The notes under the pieces are model-generated. The model worked only from the letters and a program-made list of their open reading frames with translations. It was not told the DNA's origin and did no database searches. Below, piece by piece: positions 9,501-21,500 of a DNA stretch of 64,000 nt (position 1 is its first letter; each line of letters begins with the position of its first letter). Where the stretch lies: positions 28,929-92,928 of the forward strand of contig CAXXJY010000003.1 of the NCBI GenBank assembly GCA_963675825.2, read 5' to 3'. The stretch is from Alteraurantiacibacter sp. GTDB taxonomy: Bacteria > Pseudomonadota > Alphaproteobacteria > Sphingomonadales > Sphingomonadaceae. The position numbers were made by a program, and so were the translations under genes.

Positions 9501-12500
9501 TATCTCGAAAAGCTCGAAGGCAGCATCCTTCACCGCGTTGAGCTGGAGATTAAGCTCAGCGTTGTCCACGCTACCGCTGAAGTCGAGCACGAAGGCTGCA
9601 TTGACGTCCTGATCGATGACAGTGGTATTGGCCAGATCGTCAATTGCATCCGGTGCGTCGTCAAAGACGTTGATGGTGAAATCGCCTGTCACCGGGTCGC
9701 CATCGTAATCCGTGAGCGTGAGGCTAACCGGGATGTCGATATCAACCGTCGTAGAGGTGACGCCCACATCGCCTACATTCAGCTTTACCGAACCGCTTTC
9801 CTCGTAGGCATCGACATAGGCAATCGTAGTGCCCGGAGGAGCGTTGAAGACGATTTCCTGGATATTGTTGGAGCCGGTCCCGACGATGGTCGTACTCTCG
9901 GTAGTCCCGTCGGAATAGTGGGCAACGAAATGGGTTATGTCACCTGCGCCCAGCTTGTCGACGATCAGCGTAACGAAGTTGACGCTATTTAGATTTGTCC
10001 CGCCTGGTGGCGTGTAGCTTCCTGCGCCATCATAATCGTCCAGCGGGCCGAAATCGAACCGCAGGAATTCGCCGGCGTCGAAGTTATTGTTCCCAAGGCC
10101 AAAGCCTGCAGCCGAACCATTGACGCTGGGGTTCTGCACAACATCGGGAAGCGAACCGGAAAGCCAGTCGCTCAGTTCGGTAGATGTGAACAGCCCGCCA
10201 TTGCCAACGGGATCCCATCCGGTGACGAGCGTGATTTCATCGCCGGTGCTATCTTGCGTAACAAGCACGCTGGCACTGGGTCCAACGCCATATGCGCCAT
10301 CGGACAACAGGTCCACCACGGTAGTCTCACCATCGAGAGGCACGATCAGGTCGAACTCGTATTCGCCAGACGGACCTGCACTCGGATCTACCGTGATCGT
10401 GAAGACCTCAAGATCACCGGCGTTGAATGTTCCGCTGTTGTCGCTGTCGATATAGGCAGTGAAAACATTGCCTTGCTGGACGCCGGATAGCGGTATCCCG
10501 CTTACGGTGATCCCGGTAAGATCCACCGCAATCAAACTGACCTGCGCAGGGCGATCAGCGCCAATCACCTCGTTCAGCGGTTGGCCAACCAGAGGCGATG
10601 TGGGGTCGTTGTTGAAGAACCCATCAACGGGAGAAAGTGAAGCGGGTGAATCGTCATCAACCGTAATGCTTAGCGAACCAGTTGCCGTAACCTTGTCACC
10701 ATCGGAATCTAGACCTTCGATGATAGGAGCAAAATCGATGACGATATCATCCTCGGTGCCCGAAGTCGGATGATCCAAGGTATCGTAAAGCGAAAACTGC
10801 CAATCGCCACTACTCTGCAGGTCGAGTAAGAATACTGGGTCACCCGTCGGACCGGCCTTTGCCAGGATACTGCTGCTTGTCACTTCGAAGAAAAGCGCAA
10901 CACCCCCAGACTCGAGGCCAAGGCTTTCGAGGTATGTCGTGACCGCAGAGCCGGAATCGTCGGCAAATGCAATTGTGAGCGGTCTGTCCGCACCCGGCGT
11001 GAAAAGTGTCGCGGCGCTCTGGCCATTACCTGAAGTGCCCGTTGCAACAGTCGTTGTCGCTCCCGCGCCGGCATCAATATCACCAACACCGCCTTCGATG
11101 CCACCGGCTAGCAAGTCTTCGTCGACCTGCCCCGTAACAGTCACCGCATTGGCCGTCGGCACGTCATCGACAATGGTGATGTCCAGCGAAGCGGTATCGC
11201 TCGACCCGTCGCTGTCGGTCGCCACCACCGCAAAGCTGTCGGTGAACGAGGCATCGTCGGCCCCGGTATGCAGCAGCGAGTTGTCCTGCAGCACGTAGCT
11301 GTAGCTGATCGTCGCCGACACCACGTCGCCGGCGCCGTCCAGCGTCGGGGTCACACCCGTCACCGTCAGCAGCCCGTAGACCGGATCGTCGATCGTCACC
11401 GGATAGGTCGTCGTCGCATTCGCGTCGAACACCGTCACACCGCCAACCGTCAGCGTCGCCAGACCGTCCGGGCTGTCCACCGTGAACGTGCCCGTCTGCG
11501 TCAGTGCGCCGGCATCGGGCGAGCTGCCGTCGGCCAGGTCGTCCTCGTACAGCGTCTCTTCCGCGCCCTGACCGTCAAGCCCGTTGATGGTCACCCCATC
11601 GTCAGCGCCGTTGATCGTGATCGTCACCGTCGTCGTCGAGGTGTCCCCGTCGCCATCGGTGATGGTGTAGGTGAAGGTCTCGCTCAGCGTCTCGTTCTGG
11701 TCGAGCCCCTGCACGAACGCATTGCTGTTATCCAGCGTGTAGACATAGTCGCCGTTCGCCGCGATCGACAGCGTGCCATAGGCACCCGCCACCGCCGCGC
11801 CCACATTGCCAGACACGTCGCCGGTCGCCGTGCCGAACACTACGCCCGTCACGCTCGCCTGGTCCGCACCGTCCACATCGGCCACACCGTCGGTGGTGTT
11901 GGCATCGCCCAGATCCGCGCCGGTCAGCACGTTGCCGTCCGCCACCAGCGGACCGTCCTCGGTCACGCTGTCCACGTCCGCATTGGCCGTCGGCACGTCA
12001 TCGACAATGGTGATGTCCAGCGAAGCGGTATCGCTCGACCCGTCGCTGTCGGTCGCCACCACCGCAAAGCTGTCGGTGAACGAGGCATCGTCGGCCCCGG
12101 TATGCAGCAGCGAGTTGTCCTGCAGCACGTAGCTGTAGCTGATCGTCGCCGACACCACGTCGCCGGCGCCGTCCAGCGTCGGGGTCACACCCGTCACCGT
12201 CAGCAGCCCGTAGACCGGATCGTCGATCGTCACCGGATAGGTCGTCGTCGCATTCGCGTCGAACACCGTCACACCGCCAACCGTCAGCGTCGCCAGACCG
12301 TCCGGGCTGTCCACCGTGAACGTGCCCGTCTGCGTCAGTGCGCCGGCATCGGGCGAGCTGCCGTCGGCCAGGTCGTCCTCGTACAGCGTCTCTTCCGCGC
12401 CCTGACCGTCAAGCCCGTTGATGGTCACCCCATCGTCAGCGCCGTTGATCGTGATCGTCACCGTCGTCGTCGAGGTGTCCCCGTCGCCATCGGTGATGGT

Positions 12501-15500
12501 GTAGGTGAAGGTCTCGCTCAGCGTCTCGTTCTGGTCGAGCCCCTGCACGAACGCATTGCTGTTATCCAGCGTGTAGACATAGTCGCCGTTCGCCGCGATC
12601 GACAGCGTGCCATAGGCACCCGCCACCGCCGCGCCCACATTGCCAGACACGTCGCCGGTCGCCGTGCCGAACACTACGCCCGTCACGCTCGCCTGGTCCG
12701 CACCGTCCACATCGGCCACACCGTCGGTGGTGTTGGCATCGCCCAGATCCGCGCCGGTCAGCACGTTGCCGTCCGCCACCAGCGGACCGTCCTCGGTCAC
12801 GCTGTCCACGTCCGCATTGGCCGTCGGCACGTCATCGACAATGGTGATGTCCAGCGAAGCGGTATCGCTCGACCCGTCGCTGTCGGTCGCCACCACCGCA
12901 AAGCTGTCGGTGAACGAGGCATCGTCGGCCCCGGTATGCAGCAGCGAGTTGTCCTGCAGCACGTAGCTGTAGCTGATCGTCGCCGACACCACGTCGCCGG
13001 CGCCGTCCAGCGTCGGGGTCACACCCGTCACCGTCAGCAGCCCGTAGACCGGATCGTCGATCGTCACCGGATAGGTCGTCGTCGCATTCGCGTCGAACAC
13101 CGTCACACCGCCAACCGTCAGCGTCGCCAGACCGTCCGGGCTGTCCACCGTGAACGTGCCCGTCTGCGTCAGTGCGCCGGCATCGGGCGAGCTGCCGTCG
13201 GCCAGGTCGTCCTCGTACAGCGTCTCTTCCGCGCCCTGACCGTCAAGCCCGTTGATGGTCACCCCATCGTCAGCGCCGTTGATCGTGATCGTCACCGTCG
13301 TCGTCGAGGTGTCCCCGTCGCCATCGGTGATGGTGTAGGTGAAGGTCTCGCTCAGCGTCTCGTTCTGGTCGAGCCCCTGCACGAACGCATTGCTGTTATC
13401 CAGCGTGTAGACATAGTCGCCGTTCGCCGCGATCGACAGCGTGCCATAGGCACCCGCCACCGCCGCGCCCACATTGCCAGACACGTCGCCGGTCGCCGTG
13501 CCGAACACTACGCCCGTCACGCTCGCCTGGTCCGCACCGTCCACATCGGCCACACCGTCGGTGGTGTTGGCATCGCCCAGATCCGCGCCGGTCAGCACGT
13601 TGCCGTCCGCCACCAGCGGACCGTCCTCGGTCACGCTGTCCACGTCCGCATTGGCCGTCGGCACGTCATCGACAATGGTGATGTCCAGCGAAGCGGTATC
13701 GCTCGACCCGTCGCTGTCGGTCGCCACCACCGCAAAGCTGTCGGTGAACGAGGCATCGTCGGCCCCGGTATGCAGCAGCGAGTTGTCCTGCAGCACGTAG
13801 CTGTAGCTGATCGTCGCCGACACCACGTCGCCGGCGCCGTCCAGCGTCGGGGTCACACCCGTCACCGTCAGCAGCCCGTAGACCGGATCGTCGATCGTCA
13901 CCGGATAGGTCGTCGTCGCATTCGCGTCGAACACCGTCACACCGCCAACCGTCAGCGTCGCCAGACCGTCCGGGCTGTCCACCGTGAACGTGCCCGTCTG
14001 CGTCAGTGCGCCGGCATCGGGCGAGCTGCCGTCGGCCAGGTCGTCCTCGTACAGCGTCTCTTCCGCGCCCTGACCGTCAAGCCCGTTGATGGTCACCCCA
14101 TCGTCAGCGCCGTTGATCGTGATCGTCACCGTCGTCGTCGAGGTGTCCCCGTCGCCATCGGTGATGGTGTAGGTGAAGGTCTCGCTCAGCGTCTCGTTCT
14201 GGTCGAGCCCCTGCACGAACGCATTGCTGTTATCCAGCGTGTAGACATAGTCGCCGTTCGCCGCGATCGACAGCGTGCCATAGGCACCCGCCACCGCCGC
14301 GCCCACATTGCCAGACACGTCGCCGGTCGCCGTGCCGAACACTACGCCCGTCACGCTCGCCTGGTCCGCACCGTCCACATCGGCCACACCGTCGGTGGTG
14401 TTGGCATCGCCCAGATCCGCGCCGGTCAGCACGTTGCCGTCCGCCACCAGCGGACCGTCCTCGGTCACGCTGTCCACGTCCGCATTGGCCGTCGGCACGT
14501 CATCGACAATGGTGATGTCCAGCGAAGCGGTATCGCTCGACCCGTCGCTGTCGGTCGCCACCACCGCAAAGCTGTCGGTGAACGAGGCATCGTCGGCCCC
14601 GGTATGCAGCAGCGAGTTGTCCTGCAGCACGTAGCTGTAGCTGATCGTCGCCGACACCACGTCGCCGGCGCCGTCCAGCGTCGGGGTCACACCCGTCACC
14701 GTCAGCAGCCCGTAGACCGGATCGTCGATCGTCACCGGATAGGTCGTCGTCGCATTCGCGTCGAACACCGTCACACCGCCAACCGTCAGCGTCGCCAGAC
14801 CGTCCGGGCTGTCCACCGTGAACGTGCCCGTCTGCGTCAGTGCGCCGGCATCGGGCGAGCTGCCGTCGGCCAGGTCGTCCTCGTACAGCGTCTCTTCCGC
14901 GCCCTGACCGTCAAGCCCGTTGATGGTCACCCCATCGTCAGCGCCGTTGATCGTGATCGTCACCGTCGTCGTCGAGGTGTCCCCGTCGCCATCGGTGATG
15001 GTGTAGGTGAAGGTCTCGCTCAGCGTCTCGTTCTGGTCGAGCCCCTGCACGAACGCATTGCTGTTATCCAGCGTGTAGACATAGTCGCCGTTCGCCGCGA
15101 TCGACAGCGTGCCATAGGCACCCGCCACCGCCGCGCCCACATTGCCAGACACGTCGCCGGTCGCCGTGCCGAACACTACGCCCGTCACGCTCGCCTGGTC
15201 CGCACCGTCCACATCGGCCACACCGTCGGTGGTGTTGGCATCGCCCAGATCCGCGCCGGTCAGCACGTTGCCGTCCGCCACCAGCGGACCGTCCTCGGTC
15301 ACGCTGTCCACGTCCGCATTGGCCGTCGGCACGTCATCGACAATGGTGATGTCCAGCGAAGCGGTATCGCTCGACCCGTCGCTGTCGGTCGCCACCACCG
15401 CAAAGCTGTCGGTGAACGAGGCATCGTCGGCCCCGGTATGCAGCAGCGAGTTGTCCTGCAGCACGTAGCTGTAGCTGATCGTCGCCGACACCACGTCGCC

Positions 15501-18500
15501 GGCGCCGTCCAGCGTCGGGGTCACACCCGTCACCGTCAGCAGCCCGTAGACCGGATCGTCGATCGTCACCGGATAGGTCGTCGTCGCATTCGCGTCGAAC
15601 ACCGTCACACCGCCAACCGTCAGCGTCGCCAGACCGTCCGGGCTGTCCACCGTGAACGTGCCCGTCTGCGTCAGTGCGCCGGCATCGGGCGAGCTGCCGT
15701 CGGCCAGGTCGTCCTCGTACAGCGTCTCTTCCGCGCCCTGACCGTCAAGCCCGTTGATGGTCACCCCATCGTCAGCGCCGTTGATCGTGATCGTCACCGT
15801 CGTCGTCGAGGTGTCCCCGTCGCCATCGGTGATGGTGTAGGTGAAGGTCTCGCTCAGCGTCTCGTTCTGGTCGAGCCCCTGCACGAACGCATTGCTGTTA
15901 TCCAGCGTGTAGACATAGTCGCCGTTCGCCGCGATCGACAGCGTGCCATAGGCACCCGCCACCGCCGCGCCCACATTGCCAGACACGTCGCCGGTCGCCG
16001 TGCCGAACACTACGCCCGTCACGCTCGCCTGGTCCGCACCGTCCACATCGGCCACACCGTCGGTGGTGTTGGCATCGCCCAGATCCGCGCCGGTCAGCAC
16101 GTTGCCGTCCGCCACCAGCGGACCGTCCTCGGTCACGCTGTCCACGTCCGCATTGGCCGTCGGCACGTCATCGACAATGGTGATGTCCAGCGAAGCGGTA
16201 TCGCTCGACCCGTCGCTGTCGGTCGCCACCACCGCAAAGCTGTCGGTGAACGAGGCATCGTCGGCCCCGGTATGCAGCAGCGAGTTGTCCTGCAGCACGT
16301 AGCTGTAGCTGATCGTCGCCGACACCACGTCGCCGGCGCCGTCCAGCGTCGGGGTCACACCCGTCACCGTCAGCAGCCCGTAGACCGGATCGTCGATCGT
16401 CACCGGATAGGTCGTCGTCGCATTCGCGTCGAACACCGTCACACCGCCAACCGTCAGCGTCGCCAGACCGTCCGGGCTGTCCACCGTGAACGTGCCCGTC
16501 TGCGTCAGTGCGCCGGCATCGGGCGAGCTGCCGTCGGCCAGGTCGTCCTCGTACAGCGTCTCTTCCGCGCCCTGACCGTCAAGCCCGTTGATGGTCACCC
16601 CATCGTCAGCGCCGTTGATCGTGATCGTCACCGTCGTCGTCGAGGTGTCCCCGTCGCCATCGGTGATGGTGTAGGTGAAGGTCTCGCTCAGCGTCTCGTT
16701 CTGGTCGAGCCCCTGCACGAACGCATTGCTGTTATCCAGCGTGTAGACATAGTCGCCGTTCGCCGCGATCGACAGCGTGCCATAGGCACCCGCCACCGCC
16801 GCGCCCACATTGCCAGACACGTCGCCGGTCGCCGTGCCGAACACTACGCCCGTCACGCTCGCCTGGTCCGCACCGTCCACATCGGCCACACCGTCGGTGG
16901 TGTTGGCATCGCCCAGATCCGCGCCGGTCAGCACGTTGCCGTCCGCCACCAGCGGACCGTCCTCGGTCACGCTGTCCACGTCCGCATTGGCCGTCGGCAC
17001 GTCATCGACAATGGTGATGTCCAGCGAAGCGGTATCGCTCGACCCGTCGCTGTCGGTCGCCACCACCGCAAAGCTGTCGGTGAACGAGGCATCGTCGGCC
17101 CCGGTATGCAGCAGCGAGTTGTCCTGCAGCACGTAGCTGTAGCTGATCGTCGCCGACACCACGTCGCCGGCGCCGTCCAGCGTCGGGGTCACACCCGTCA
17201 CCGTCAGCAGCCCGTAGACCGGATCGTCGATCGTCACCGGATAGGTCGTCGTCGCATTCGCGTCGAACACCGTCACACCGCCAACCGTCAGCGTCGCCAG
17301 ACCGTCCGGGCTGTCCACCGTGAACGTGCCCGTCTGCGTCAGTGCGCCGGCATCGGGCGAGCTGCCGTCGGCCAGGTCGTCCTCGTACAGCGTCTCTTCC
17401 GCGCCCTGACCGTCAAGCCCGTTGATGGTCACCCCATCGTCAGCGCCGTTGATCGTGATCGTCACCGTCGTCGTCGAGGTGTCCCCGTCGCCATCGGTGA
17501 TGGTGTAGGTGAAGGTCTCGCTCAGCGTCTCGTTCTGGTCGAGCCCCTGCACGAACGCATTGCTGTTATCCAGCGTGTAGACATAGTCGCCGTTCGCCGC
17601 GATCGACAGCGTGCCATAGGCACCCGCCACCGCCGCGCCCACATTGCCAGACACGTCGCCGGTCGCCGTGCCGAACACTACGCCCGTCACGCTCGCCTGG
17701 TCCGCACCGTCCACATCGGCCACACCGTCGGTGGTGTTGGCATCGCCCAGATCCGCGCCGGTCAGCACGTTGCCGTCCGCCACCAGCGGACCGTCCTCGG
17801 TCACGCTGTCCACGTCCGCATTGGCCGTCGGCACGTCATCGACAATGGTGATGTCCAGCGAAGCGGTATCGCTCGACCCGTCGCTGTCGGTCGCCACCAC
17901 CGCAAAGCTGTCGGTGAACGAGGCATCGTCGGCCCCGGTATGCAGCAGCGAGTTGTCCTGCAGCACGTAGCTGTAGCTGATCGTCGCCGACACCACGTCG
18001 CCGGCGCCGTCCAGCGTCGGGGTCACACCCGTCACCGTCAGCAGCCCGTAGACCGGATCGTCGATCGTCACCGGATAGGTCGTCGTCGCATTCGCGTCGA
18101 ACACCGTCACACCGCCAACCGTCAGCGTCGCCAGACCGTCCGGGCTGTCCACCGTGAACGTGCCCGTCTGCGTCAGTGCGCCGGCATCGGGCGAGCTGCC
18201 GTCGGCCAGGTCGTCCTCGTACAGCGTCTCTTCCGCGCCCTGACCGTCAAGCCCGTTGATGGTCACCCCATCGTCAGCGCCGTTGATCGTGATCGTCACC
18301 GTCGTCGTCGAGGTGTCCCCGTCGCCATCGGTGATGGTGTAGGTGAAGGTCTCGCTCAGCGTCTCGTTCTGGTCGAGCCCCTGCACGAACGCATTGCTGT
18401 TATCCAGCGTGTAGACATAGTCGCCGTTCGCCGCGATCGACAGCGTGCCATAGGCACCCGCCACCGCCGCGCCCACATTGCCAGACACGTCGCCGGTCGC

Positions 18501-21500
18501 CGTGCCGAACACTACGCCCGTCACGCTCGCCTGGTCCGCACCGTCCACATCGGCCACACCGTCGGTGGTGTTGGCATCGCCCAGATCCGCGCCGGTCAGC
18601 ACGTTGCCGTCCGCCACCAGCGGACCGTCCTCGGTCACGCTGTCCACGTCCGCATTGGCCGTCGGCACGTCATCGACAATGGTGATGTCCAGCGAAGCGG
18701 TATCGCTCGACCCGTCGCTGTCGGTCGCCACCACCGCAAAGCTGTCGGTGAACGAGGCATCGTCGGCCCCGGTATGCAGCAGCGAGTTGTCCTGCAGCAC
18801 GTAGCTGTAGCTGATCGTCGCCGACACCACGTCGCCGGCGCCGTCCAGCGTCGGGGTCACACCCGTCACCGTCAGCAGCCCGTAGACCGGATCGTCGATC
18901 GTCACCGGATAGGTCGTCGTCGCATTCGCGTCGAACACCGTCACACCGCCAACCGTCAGCGTCGCCAGACCGTCCGGGCTGTCCACCGTGAACGTGCCCG
19001 TCTGCGTCAGTGCGCCGGCATCGGGCGAGCTGCCGTCGGCCAGGTCGTCCTCGTACAGCGTCTCTTCCGCGCCCTGACCGTCAAGCCCGTTGATGGTCAC
19101 CCCATCGTCAGCGCCGTTGATCGTGATCGTCACCGTCGTCGTCGAGGTGTCCCCGTCGCCATCGGTGATGGTGTAGGTGAAGGTCTCGCTCAGCGTCTCG
19201 TTCTGGTCGAGCCCCTGCACGAACGCATTGCTGTTATCCAGCGTGTAGACATAGTCGCCGTTCGCCGCGATCGACAGCGTGCCATAGGCACCCGCCACCG
19301 CCGCGCCCACATTGCCAGACACGTCGCCGGTCGCCGTGCCGAACACTACGCCCGTCACGCTCGCCTGGTCCGCACCGTCCACATCGGCCACACCGTCGGT
19401 GGTGTTGGCATCGCCCAGATCCGCGCCGGTCAGCACGTTGCCGTCCGCCACCAGCGGACCGTCCTCGGTCACGCTGTCCACGTCCGCATTGGCCGTCGGC
19501 ACGTCATCGACAATGGTGATGTCCAGCGAAGCGGTATCGCTCGACCCGTCGCTGTCGGTCGCCACCACCGCAAAGCTGTCGGTGAACGAGGCATCGTCGG
19601 CCCCGGTATGCAGCAGCGAGTTGTCCTGCAGCACGTAGCTGTAGCTGATCGTCGCCGACACCACGTCGCCGGCGCCGTCCAGCGTCGGGGTCACACCCGT
19701 CACCGTCAGCAGCCCGTAGACCGGATCGTCGATCGTCACCGGATAGGTCGTCGTCGCATTCGCGTCGAACACCGTCACACCGCCAACCGTCAGCGTCGCC
19801 AGACCGTCCGGGCTGTCCACCGTGAACGTGCCCGTCTGCGTCAGTGCGCCGGCATCGGGCGAGCTGCCGTCGGCCAGGTCGTCCTCGTACAGCGTCTCTT
19901 CCGCGCCCTGACCGTCAAGCCCGTTGATGGTCACCCCATCGTCAGCGCCGTTGATCGTGATCGTCACCGTCGTCGTCGAGGTGTCCCCGTCGCCATCGGT
20001 GATGGTGTAGGTGAAGGTCTCGCTCAGCGTCTCGTTCTGGTCGAGCCCCTGCACGAACGCATTGCTGTTATCCAGCGTGTAGACATAGTCGCCGTTCGCC
20101 GCGATCGACAGCGTGCCATAGGCACCCGCCACCGCCGCGCCCACATTGCCAGACACGTCGCCGGTCGCCGTGCCGAACACTACGCCCGTCACGCTCGCCT
20201 GGTCCGCACCGTCCACATCGGCCACACCGTCGGTGGTGTTGGCATCGCCCAGATCCGCGCCGGTCAGCACGTTGCCGTCCGCCACCAGCGGACCGTCCTC
20301 GGTCACGCTGTCCACGTCCGCATTGGCCGTCGGCACGTCATCGACAATGGTGATGTCCAGCGAAGCGGTATCGCTCGACCCGTCGCTGTCGGTCGCCACC
20401 ACCGCAAAGCTGTCGGTGAACGAGGCATCGTCGGCCCCGGTATGCAGCAGCGAGTTGTCCTGCAGCACGTAGCTGTAGCTGATCGTCGCCGACACCACGT
20501 CGCCGGCGCCGTCCAGCGTCGGGGTCACACCCGTCACCGTCAGCAGCCCGTAGACCGGATCGTCGATCGTCACCGGATAGGTCGTCGTCGCATTCGCGTC
20601 GAACACCGTCACACCGCCAACCGTCAGCGTCGCCAGACCGTCCGGGCTGTCCACCGTGAACGTGCCCGTCTGCGTCAGTGCGCCGGCATCGGGCGAGCTG
20701 CCGTCGGCCAGGTCGTCCTCGTACAGCGTCTCTTCCGCGCCCTGACCGTCAAGCCCGTTGATGGTCACCCCATCGTCAGCGCCGTTGATCGTGATCGTCA
20801 CCGTCGTCGTCGAGGTGTCCCCGTCGCCATCGGTGATGGTGTAGGTGAAGGTCTCGCTCAGCGTCTCGTTCTGGTCGAGCCCCTGCACGAACGCATTGCT
20901 GTTATCCAGCGTGTAGACATAGTCGCCGTTCGCCGCGATCGACAGCGTGCCATAGGCACCCGCCACCGCCGCGCCCACATTGCCAGACACGTCGCCGGTC
21001 GCCGTGCCGAACACTACGCCCGTCACGCTCGCCTGGTCCGCACCGTCCACATCGGCCACACCGTCGGTGGTGTTGGCATCGCCCAGATCCGCGCCGGTCA
21101 GCACGTTGCCGTCCGCCACCAGCGGACCGTCCTCGGTCACGCTGTCCACGTCCGCATTGGCCGTCGGCACGTCATCGACAATGGTGATGTCCAGCGAAGC
21201 GGTATCGCTCGACCCGTCGCTGTCGGTCGCCACCACCGCAAAGCTGTCGGTGAACGAGGCATCGTCGGCCCCGGTATGCAGCAGCGAGTTGTCCTGCAGC
21301 ACGTAGCTGTAGCTGATCGTCGCCGACACCACGTCGCCGGCGCCGTCCAGCGTCGGGGTCACACCCGTCACCGTCAGCAGCCCGTAGACCGGATCGTCGA
21401 TCGTCACCGGATAGGTCGTCGTCGCATTCGCGTCGAACACCGTCACACCGCCAACCGTCAGCGTCGCCAGACCGTCCGGGCTGTCCACCGTGAACGTGCC